From Selaginella moellendorffii (lineage: Eukaryota > Plantae > Lycopodiophyta): a DNA stretch of 64,000 nucleotides. The position numbers were made by a program, and so were the translations under genes. Numbering within the stretch: position 1 is the first letter of the stretch; each line of letters opens with the position of its first letter. Under the pieces are notes generated by a model. That model worked only from the letters and a program-made list of their open reading frames with translations. It made no database searches and was not told the DNA's origin. Positions 54,401-64,000 of this stretch are shown here, in pieces. The stretch covers positions 1,909,896 through 1,973,895 of the forward strand of contig NW_003314287.1 in NCBI RefSeq assembly GCF_000143415.4, in the 5' to 3' direction.

Positions 54401-55212
54401 ATGCTCCTGCTTGAGGAAGACCATAACCGATAAGCACAGAGACTGGAGAAGCATAAGCCATAGAAGCCAGAGTCGCTTCTTGTGACACTCCCGTTGCAGC
54501 ATCCACTGCATGCTTGAACAGAAATGGAACTTGTACTTTCAGAATCTGCACATACGCATACAAGCAAAAGAAGATGAGAGGTATCTATCCATCTATATTC
54601 TGTTTTGGCAGTCTTGCGGTGCCCAACAAGAAGCATGAGACTGCAGACAAGTTTGCAAGTTTGTTGTGGAGGTCTTCTCACTCCCTCCATCTCCACGCTC
54701 ACGGTTACATAGGAAGAACGAAAAATGATACCACCAATTAAAAGAGCCAGCGAGACAACGACTCTCCTGCGAAACTAGTAGAACAACAGCTCTTTAAAAG
54801 TTGTAGACTTTACCTTGCTCTTGGTCTTCCTAGCTCTTCTTGGTTTCAGTGGGCTGGGAGTTCTTGGCCTCTCTTTGTTCCATAGCTTCTCTTTGCAATA
54901 ATCTTGTCCCTTTTTGCTCTGTCATGCTCCTTGCTAAGTCGGATGTGAAGAGTGTATCTTGTGGCGTGGGCAGACAAGGTGTGATACAGCCTGAGATTTG
55001 GATCGAGGGACTCCCAGATTATCCTTTTAGAAAAGATAGAGAAACAAGAGCGTACAAAGTGGCACACCAGATATGACGATCTAGAAGGCAATCCAGAGAA
55101 TAAACCGCCATGAGCATCAGAATGCCGGTTCATATGCTGAAAGTTTGGCACCTCCTGTGATCGATTCTGCACGAGCTGGATTGATGGAAACCCGATCGCA
55201 GGCGAGCGCCAT
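51421..55212 (-). pseudogene. ATM3-like pseudogene, 5' half (TMD exons), with a LINE in an intron
   Basis: RVVVSLALLIG; ILKVQVPFLFKHAVD..VLIGYGL..GASTCN|GT; left of the LINE: HNLDLNF, MVINVVPTFLE|ISMVASILAYEF, WRTKFRKEMNKAENAAGS. Confidence 0.85.
51895..54382 (+). mobile_element. 5'-truncated non-LTR retrotransposon (RTEX/RTE-like LINE)
   Basis: RT motifs (PIYKAGDPALPSNY, GQAG, YVD, LIYAEDL, GLTVNMSK, YKYLG); C-terminal HRLIIELGRH..CPIC-x8-H-x4-C; (AATG)4 tail at 54364-54379. Confidence 0.85.
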
Positions 55213-55287
55213 TGCACCCAGGGTTTTACAATTATCGGTCTGCCAACGTGGAAATACGTGGCGCGCCACTAGCAACGTGCGACCAGA

Positions 55288-56966
55288 TCAACCGTCCATG
55301 GAGAACACACACTTGATGCAAGAACCGGACGAGAGAAGCTTCACTCCTTCGTTTACTTCTGAGAATGGTAGCCTGTGAGTGATGTATCCGTCAAGATTGA
55401 TTTCCTGGACGATCCACGAAAACTTAGAATTCTTCCAGCTTGATCAATCCAAACAAACCTTTGTGGAGCACATATCCACGAGCTTCTGCATGTCGGATTT
55501 GCCCCTGAATCCACCAAAGTATCCCGACTTGAGTTGGCGACCCGAGAGGAGAATCGCGGGTGGGAATGTCACCATCTCATCAGGCCTGGGAGCTCCAACC
55601 ATGACCGTTGTTCCATACTAAACAATCCAGTTAGCAAGCACACTGCTGGAAACTAGCAGAGCTTTTCACTCACGCTTGTGGTGCTAAGCAAAGCTTGTAC
55701 CAACAGATGAGGCTTGCCGACGCATTCAAAGCAGTAGTCGACTCCTCCATTCGTGAGCTCGAGAAGCACCTGAGAGAGAGTGAGAGAAACATTAGAGCTC
55801 GGGTGATAAAGACGAGAGTTAGAACACACAACCTCATGAAGCGGCGCTTCGTGGTCCTGTGGATTTAGACACTCGGTCGCACCAAATGCTCTGGCTGCGG
55901 AAAAAACGCTCAGCACTTTCGGTAAAGCACCGGTCTTACCAGCTTCGAATTTTCGAGGTAAGATATCGATCCCAATTATCCGAGTTGCACCGGCGATTCG
56001 GGCGCCCTCGACAGCCTGAAAAGCAAATGGTTTCTCTTCCAGAACTTTAGGAAAAGCTATAGAGTACGTACTGCTAGCCCGATGGTTCCCAGTCCAATTA
56101 CAGCAACCGTGGAGCCGGCTTCGACGTTTGCTAAGTTTAATGCGGATCCCAAGCCTGGAAACAAAGAGCTTATCAGCAAAGGAATGCGCAAGCAAGGAGG
56201 AACGTACCGGTGGGAACTCCACAGCCCAGAAGACAAGCGCTCTCCAGTGGAACTGGATCAACTTTGACAACCGAGGTCTTGTCCAGCACCGTGAACTCCG
56301 TGAAGGTGGACGTGTTCATGAAGTGGTGAATGGCACTGCCGTCAAGCGAAGAGAACCGTGCCGTGCCATCGAGAGGCATGAAAGACGTGAGCAAGTTCCC
56401 GAAGCTGACCTCGCAGTGGTTCGTGGTGGAGAGCTTGCAAAGCTTGCATTTCCCGCATTCCCCTTGGTAGACGCAAATGACATGGTCACCGGGAGCAAAC
56501 TCCGTCACTCCCTCGCCAACGCTCTCCACAACTCTGGTTGGATTGAGAAGATCACAGAAAAAAAAAAACAAGAGTAAGAAACAGACTCCTCAGATCAGGA
56601 CAAAAGATGGAAATGGAAAAAGAAAAATTCACTCTTTACCCAGATCCCTCGTGTCCAAGGATCACCGGATAGAGCGTGCCCTGCGAAACAAAAGGATTAG
56701 CACGGAGCAAAGAGATTGGAAGAGTTTGAGCACAAACTTACCCAGTCTGCGGTGGCGATGTCCGTGTGACACAGCGACGAGTAAAGGACTTGCATGCGAA
56801 TCTCTCCAGATTTTGGCGGGTCCACATTGATCGTCTCCAGCTCAATCTCCGATCCAGCGCTGTGAAGAACAGCAGCTGGAGAGAAGGAAGAAGATCACAC
56901 CCAAAGCGAGGCAATAGCGACAATGGTACCTCTGCATTGAATCGTTCTCCCCACCGTAGACGCCAT
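55288..56966 (-). CDS. ADH: Zn-dependent medium-chain alcohol dehydrogenase-like protein, 376 aa, 10 exons
   Basis: Exons 56966-56930, 56875-56742, 56680-56640, 56533-56208, 56154-56072, 56015-55940, 55894-55833, 55769-55674, 55617-55459, 55404-55288. Sizes 326/83/76/62/96/117 match canonical plant ADH; CHTD, GHE, structural-Zn cysteines, GCG and GLGTIG present. Confidence 0.93.
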
Positions 56967-57081
56967 TGGGGTTGGATACGAGAATATACTCCAGATTATG
57001 CGCCTCTAGCGACAAAAGCGTTTCAGGGTTTTTGAGTGGTATGTACAAAGGTTTTGGTGTGTCACCACTAGGCTAGTATCG

Positions 57082-58415
57082 CTACTTCCAGCGATAGACA
57101 ACGACGAAGCACGGGAGCACGGCCCTGGAGCTCGTCACGTACAGGTCGTCCACATTCGAGAACGGCCCCATCTCTCCGGCGATGGAGTCGAACCCACTCG
57201 GGACCACCGCGTCGCCGCCAAATCCCTTGTGCATCCTCCCCGCGATCACTCGGCACACGAGCATCGCGTGGAGATCATCCTCGTCTGATAGATCCAATCG
57301 ATCCAATCGCTCCTTTGTTTGGAGCGAATCGTGAGCTCTGCCGCTGGTGGCGGTGGTGTGGATCATCAATCCTCCACCGCCGCTCCCCCGGAAGCCCGAT
57401 TTGATGATCCGGCACGCGCTGCAAGCCGGGGAGGCGCAGATCGACGAGGATCCGTGCGCGCCCAGGCTGCATTCCAATGTGGCGGCGTGGAATCGCAGGA
57501 GCTCGTTCCCATCCGCGATCCACCGTGCGTGTTTCTTGGGCAGCGAGCTCGCCCGGGATTTGACAGCGTCGCGGTACTCCTCGAATCGCGAGATGGTGCG
57601 ATGGGTGTTGTTCACCTTGAGGACGCGCTCGATCTTGGGCGATGCTTCCGGGATTCCTTCGTCCCTCTTCTTGAGCCAGCTCGTCCGGAAGATGATCTCC
57701 ACGATGTTCTTGGACGAGTCCCCGCGGCCTAGCTCCGTCACTGCGGCCATGGCGAGGATCGAGAAACCCGTGAGCATAGAAACTTTGCTACGTATGACAT
57801 ACGTCTCTAATACGTACCGGCGTGCTTCGTGGCGTGGTGGTGCTCGAGCGCCTCAAACTTGGCGAAGCTCTCGCCGCATCTCTGGCAGGAGGGGTAGGGG
57901 TAGCGGCACAGCGACGAGCGCGACGATGGATCTCGCGATATGATCGCGCCAAACGCCTCGTCCGCCACGTTGCAACCGTGGCACCCGCCTCCAAATCTCC
58001 GGGAGGAGCTCATCGTGTTCTTTGGAAGCGCTGGACTTGGGTGTTTGAGATTTGGTGGGCGTGATCCCTCGGTAGACTGTGAATGCCGCAGCCCGGCATT
58101 TGCCGCAGAGACGAGCTCCGAGGAGGGCGGGTTCCAAAAGAGCGATTTGGCGTCGAGGAGGGGATCGTTCTTGGCGTTGGTGTGGGAGGAGATCGCCGCG
58201 GGGCTGCAGGAGGCGGATTTGTGGACGACCTTGGTGTTGCCGTGGATCACGTCCTTGAGATTGGAAAGAGATCTGGAGCAAGTGCTGCGGAAGGGCTTGA
58301 TCTTGGAGGTGGAGGACGATGAGACCGCCGAGATCGAGATTGGGCTGTGAACTTGCTCGTCCCTGTTGCTCTTGCACGACAGAGATTTGGTCCAGCTCTT
58401 CCAAGGGGCTGGCAT
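57082..58415 (-). CDS. Plant C2H2 zinc-finger protein with C-terminal PARP/ADP-ribosylation-like domain, ~418 aa, 2 exons (58415-57818, 57740-57082)
   Basis: CQRCGE..HHATKH|AVTEL..SSKNIVEIIF; DGNELLRFH; TTATSGRAH; AMLVCRVIAG; AVLPCFVVVY. Confidence 0.9.
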
Positions 58416-59283
58416 TGTGCTGTGCTGCTTTGCCCTTTGAGAAAGAAGTATCTATCCTTCGATCTAGACGGGAATGCGAAGAACCAGGAAGCCCATCTTA
58501 GAATAGATCAAGGAATTGTCGCCTTTCGAGGGATGAGAGAACAAAACCCAACCAAGAACACGGAGCTTTGTGTCTGGAGCTCTTTGCTTCTACGTTGGAC
58601 CAAACAAAAAGAACAACTCCATAAAGGCGAGCACCCTGATTTCTCTTTTGTTTTTCTGGGAACGAAGAAAGCTACGCTCACCTCGCTCTCTCTCGCTCGC
58701 GCTTTTGCTACATTTACTCTCGAGCTACCAAAGCATGGATGGAATCAATGATATGAATGTGAATGAAAAGACTCCAGGAAGGCGAGCGAGCGAGCGAATG
58801 GCCGAGTGAATGAAGAACGATTCGAATTAAAGGGAAGTGGAATGAATGAATGAGATGACTAAAACATTGCTACCTTCTTTCGCTCGTTGTCTTCATGATC
58901 TTGGATAATTCCCCAGCTCCGGACCAAAGTTTCTTCGATTAAAACATTGGATTCGAGGATATGGAGTGGAGGATGAGACACCACTAAGAACTTAATAGGA
59001 AGAACAGGGATCACAGATATTTGCTATCTCCCAACTTATAACGCGACGACGAAACAGCGCTGTGCAAAGCTGCTACTCCTGGCTTATTGCTTGGAGGACT
59101 CATATTCTGTGGCATATACCTCAACACCCAACACATGGAGGCAAGACGACTTATTATCATCTTAAGATAATCCGTGTACCCTGGAGTGAATATCAGCCCA
59201 GAGAATATTTTCCGCAATGGTACACACGTTGGCACAAAAGTTTGTTAGTAAGGACGCTTGAATTAGTGTGGTTTAAACAATAA

Positions 59284-59357
59284 GAGGAAATGGTCTAGTG
59301 ATATGATTCTTGTTTCAAATAGCAAGAGGTCCCGAGTTCGCATCTCGGAATACCCCA
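59284..59357 (+). pseudogene. tRNA-Pro-derived pseudogene
   Basis: TGGTCTAGTGATATGATTCT...GCAAGAGGTCCCGAGTTCG..TCTCGGAA..CCCC resembles plant tRNA-Pro; anticodon loop and acceptor stem are degraded. Confidence 0.7.
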
Positions 59358-60109
59358 CAAGGGCATCTGCTGTCTTTCGCCTTTACGAACACGCTCTTTT
59401 CATAAATGCCGTATCCCAAGCACACAAGGCATGGCTGACATTTTTGTGCCTGTTAGCGTGTAAGTCATTTGTGTATGGAATCTTGCATGTAAATGCCGTA
59501 TTTGTACTGTAGTGGAAGGGAATAGAAGCAAACACGGTCACACATAAAACGCTCTCTCGAGTCTCATGGACTCGGTTTATAAATATTCCAAGAAAGATAG
59601 TTAGCATTGGCACTCACATCGCTTTCACTAATCACTCTGGAGTCTGGACCGCAACTGCTCCTAATCTAGTAAATTAATGGTGAGAGTCAACTTAGCTTAG
59701 GCAAGGTGACAATGAAAGGCAAGGTTAAGTGTTAAGTGTTAGAGCGAGTTTCATATGAGAAATGCTTTCGTTATAGCACAGAAATCTTTAGCTTTTGTTG
59801 ATCACTCTAGAGCAATCTAAGATTGCAAGCAACTCAAAGTTACGATAAAAGAAAATGATCTAGTAAACAAATGGTGAAGTCAACTTAGCTTGAAAACGAG
59901 GGGTTGACCTTTATGCTCCCACTTTGTCTTTCTAGGTATATCTGATGATATGTGTGAAGGTTTCATTCTAACGGATCTCAGAAATTCAAACTTATGGATG
60001 GAAGAGATATCACTAACATTGAGATGGAGTGATATGAAAAAAATCACTAACACAGGGAAGCAATGGTATTTGGTGAATACTATCACTAAAATAGCTCTTT
60101 CAAAACGGG

Positions 60110-60266
60110 TGTTATCAGAGCCAATATTCCATCTGTGGAATATTCTATCTCCATGTATAAAATATCAAGGTTCCACTCCTTTCTCCCCTTTGAGAGCTAA
60201 AGCGATGAGTGGTTCCTAGAGCATGAAGGTTGGGGTGACACCCTTAACAAGTGGTGAACCCGACAT
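60110..60266 (+). mobile_element. Short LTR (60110-60249) with tRNA-Trp PBS
   Basis: TGTTA...CCCTTAACA-AG-TGGTGAACCCGAC. Confidence 0.6.
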
Positions 60267-61296
60267 GTGACTATAATCTAGTGTTTTTCTTTGTTTTTCT
60301 TCTTCATCTCTGGGGGATCTGGAGTTGGATTTGGGCGTCATGTGAGTGGAATTCAAGTTCTTAGTTGAATTGGGGTCTTGGCTATGGTGGCAATCTCCTT
60401 TCCATGAGTTCTCTTAGCACTATTTTTCTTGCTGTTTGTTTCTAGTGATAGGTTGAGGTGCAGCATGGCCCAAGATTCATTTAGATTGGGTGCATGCAAG
60501 GCAATTCATGGTCAACACCCTATTTTTCCATGAAAAGAAGTCCAGCAATTTGTGCAGCCAATGGTGCACATCTGGAGCAGAAGAGAATAGGCCTCCCAAC
60601 CATAGGATAAATATCATAGAATATTCTTGGAATATTTCTGTGGTCTTGTATATGAACAAGCAGCATTGTGAAGAGAGTCTAAAGCAATACAACCATATGT
60701 AAATGGCAACAATAATGTTGTGATAAACAGCCATGAAAATAAGAAAGCAATATGGCTTTTTTGCATGACAATATAGTTATAGAAATAAAAGAATGAGGAT
60801 ACAATTTAAATCATGTCAATTTCCCATCCCTCAAAAATGTCATTCCAAACTCTTTCCATATCATCCTTATTTTCCTATTATAGCCTCATCCATGTAATAA
60901 CCATTCCATTGAATCAACAATTTCTAAATTGTTTTACAATATCTCTTCACTAATGTTTAAGTATATATATTGGCTAGACTAACATTCTTAACATCAATCT
61001 CTAGGATTTGGATGATTAATTTATCTATGATATCACAAGAGTGCAAACATGTTTACACTTTTTCATATGGAACATTAAATGAATCTTTGAACTAATTAGC
61101 AAGTCTAAAGTGTAAGTAACATCTCCCACATGATATAAAATTGTTTAATACCCACAACACTATGGACACAAATTAACACTACTACCTCCTTTTAGAGACT
61201 ATTGTACATTTAACATAGGACCCTTGATATTTCACCCTTACAGTTTTTATACAACCATTTAAAATATTCCCTCTCTCTCTCACAGTTGCAACCAAG

Positions 61297-61422
61297 GAGT
61301 AAAAGCATGAGTAAGAGTAGGAGTGAGAGCAAGAGTAAAAGTAAGAAGTAGAAGTAGGAATAGGAGTGGAAGTAAGAGTAGGAGCAAGAGCAAAAGTAAA
61401 AGTAAGAGTAAAAGTGGAAATA
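61297..61422. repeat. Degenerate hexamer array (RAGYAR)n
   Basis: GAGTAA/GAGCAA/AAGTAA units; a similar inverted tract lies at 40570-40670. Confidence 0.7.
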
Positions 61423-62179
61423 GAAGAGGAGAAGGCGGTGATGAGTTAGTGCCAAACAAACAACTTAAAGAAAAATTTATCACCAACTTTATATTCTTAA
61501 TAAAAATGATGTTCATTAGTTAATCTTTTGTCTCATTTATAAGTTTGTCTTATGTTTTATTTATTTATTTAAGCTTATCTTGCATATCCTCTAAGAAATC
61601 ACAAGCATAAAACACTTGAACCAAAGCCAAACTCAAACTCATAGAACACCTTAACTTATAAATATATATTGCCATGATCCTAGAGAGAGGGATTGGGAGA
61701 AAGATTTTAAGAATCAATTGGAGATATAGTTAACAGTTTGTTGCTCATTCAATGAGTAGTTAAAGCCAAGTAATGCTAAAGACCCAATTTTGAAAAAACT
61801 TTCAAAAGGTATTTTCAAATCATGTTAGAGTTAGAATTAGGGGTTTTATGTATAATAGGGATAGTGAGCATTTAGCTCTATTTTATCTGTTGGTTCTAAT
61901 AATAGAATGCTAGGTGCTCTAGGATTGTTTTAATGTCACTTACAAATCTCTAAGCCCTAAAGTGAGTTGAAAGTATGCTATATGGTAATGATTGAAGTAG
62001 GAGTCCAATTAGTGTAACATATTTAGACCATAAGCTCCCACTTAAAAAATTGAGAGTGGGAGTGGAACTCCTAAAAAAGTGCTCAAAGAATATGCATAAA
62101 ATGATCAATGAATGAGTCTCTAAAAATGGACATAAGAAGGACTAATATATAGCAAATGTTATGATATATGAAAGTGTCA

Positions 62180-62390
62180 AGACCGAGTCTGAAATGGAGT
62201 TTGAAATAGAGTCCAAGATGGAGTTTGAGAAGAAATCTGAAATGGATTTGAGATGGAGTCCAAGGTGGAGTCCGAGATGGAGTTTAGATGGAGTTTGAGA
62301 CTAGGTCCAAGATGGAGTTTGAGACTGGGTCCAAGATGGAGTTCGAGATCGGGACCAAGATTGAGATCGAGTCCAAATCCAAGATCAAGT
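62180..62390. repeat. Degenerate 12-bp tandem array (GAGTYYRAGATG)
   Basis: Inverted relative of 32885-33072. Confidence 0.7.
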
Positions 62391-62456
62391 TTGAATAATA
62401 ATTCAAGTCATGGGGTAAAAGCCTAAAGTGATTGTCCTCTGGGGGGGCTATAGGGG

Positions 62457-63564
62457 TGTAGCACACGTAGTTTTCACCCTTTATCTTATGCTGATTTACT
62501 ATAAGATAACTACAAAGTAGAATTTAAACCCTTTATATGCTATATATTATATACCACATACCACATGCCATATGTCAAATGACAATGGAGCGAAACTTGA
62601 GTTTTAGGGCCTTGGGCCATTAAATGAAGGAACATAGCTAAATTCTCAAGCTTACAACTAAGGAGCGAAAGAATTGGAGCAAAGAGTGACTCTTGAGCAT
62701 TCAGCCTAAAGAGTGAAAGGACAAAAACACGGAGCAATATAAAAACAATCCTAGAGCATCCAAAATCCCAATATTAAGACTAACACATAAAATGGAGCCA
62801 AATAGAGTTTAGCACTATTTTAGCATACTAGTGGTTTAATGCAAGGATATGGGTACTCCACCACCTAGCATGGTATAGAACTTAGGCTTAGACCCAAATT
62901 GGACATAGAATAAGGATAAGCATAAAAGTCAGAGCTACACTATGCCTTAGATTGGTTGCTTATGCCTAATTTACCCACTATCTCTACTATACATTTTGAA
63001 CCACCTATATCCCCTCGGCTCCCCTTGAGGAGCTTTCACTGTTAGGCACTCTTAGTATTAGGAATTAGTCTCTGAGACTAACTTGAAACTTACTAAATTT
63101 AAAATGGCATTAGATTATGATTTTGGATACAAGATCATCACCATTATCTTTAGGACAATCTCTACATTCTATAGATATGCCAAATTAGTAAATCTAAACA
63201 CTTCTTAATTAGTAATTGGGATTGAGACCAACATAAGGTATGATAGTGAAGACATCATTTAGCAAATATTGAGGGACCAAATTCAATATTGTGGGGGTTT
63301 CTAACACTAGTAAGTGCAAGTCAACAATATAAATTTCTCATCACCATGTCAAGTATGCTTGATTAAATAACAATTTAGGATTTCCTTCCTTAGTGCCCTT
63401 TCAGTCTAAGTGCATATGTGATGACTAGTTTCTCAATTAGCTTGGCTGGAAACTGATAAAGAGTCTAGCAATACCAACCTTCTGCTGTCGTGGCAGTAAG
63501 GAAAGAATATCCGAAAAGACTAGTTGACAGATAACTTTTGATACCCACAATCATATTTGCGACA
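62457..63564 (-). mobile_element. 3' LTR (1.1 kb) of a minus-strand element continuing past the right edge
   Basis: TGTAGCAC...TTGCGACA; purine tract on the minus strand at 63565-63578. Confidence 0.72.
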
Positions 63565-64000
63565 TTCTTCCCCTTTTAGGGAAGATTGATGTCTTCGTTG
63601 ATGCACACTCTAGTCTAGACCACTGGCAAAGAAATAACTCTAGAAAAAAGTCACAGTGATCACACTATGTGAGAAATGCACTAAGTTAAATGAGTTAAGG
63701 TAACTTCTTCCTCTAATGCAAATGCGCTTGACCAAAAAAGCTAGCCATCCTTGCTACTCTGGGTATCACCTAGTTTACAAAAGTGTGATATACCCCTGCC
63801 CACAAGGACATAAACAAAGAAGTTAAAGGTTACAACCCTTATGAATAAAGAAACCAAACCTATTGGTAAGGTTTAGATAAACTATTGTAAATAGGCCATT
63901 ACAGTTGTTTACATAGTCACACCCTTTTTAATGAAATAAAGAACCTTGAGAAAGAGATAGGTGATCTGACCACTTTACAATAATTACCCCATGACTAGAG

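Noticed and set aside
57319-58350. Long + strand ORFs (137-198 aa) over the ZF gene
   Set aside because: Antisense shadows of a GC-rich coding region with no recognisable motifs.
59011-59283. Short ORFs on both strands
   Set aside because: No recognisable domain or splice structure.
61210-61523. SR-rich and poly-Leu ORFs
   Set aside because: Translations of a hexamer repeat.

Overview
Eukaryotic land-plant DNA. Short 50-105 bp GT-AG introns, compact genes and TE content suggest a lycophyte such as Selaginella (inference). Most of the window is a tandem segmental duplication: unit A is <1-26431 and unit B is 26432-56288, with the junction inside exon 4 of an alcohol dehydrogenase. Each unit carries an intronless Uma2-like PD-(D/E)xK nuclease gene (open in A, frameshifted at its catalytic motif in B, plus an older degenerate third copy), an intact class III peroxidase, a peroxidase 3' fragment, and an ATM3/ABCB-type transporter pseudogene split by an inversion. 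Dense nests of LTR elements include several Ty3/gypsy families, a Tcn1-like chromovirus, a 5S-bearing Cassandra TRIM, other TRIMs and solo LTRs, and there is an RTEX-like LINE. To the right lie an intact 10-exon ADH, a C2H2-ZF/PARP-like gene and a tRNA-Pro pseudogene. Most notable: (i) the multicopy Uma2-like nuclease module that sits at both rearrangement breakpoints; (ii) an 845-bp LTR+gag fragment bounded by perfect 18-bp inverted repeats and a 5-bp TSD; (iii) a Cassandra element; (iv) a gypsy family with a 4-bp TSD and tRNA-Ala PBS; (v) three co-directional genes separated by only 115 and 75 bp. All alignments were done by eye; no searches were run.
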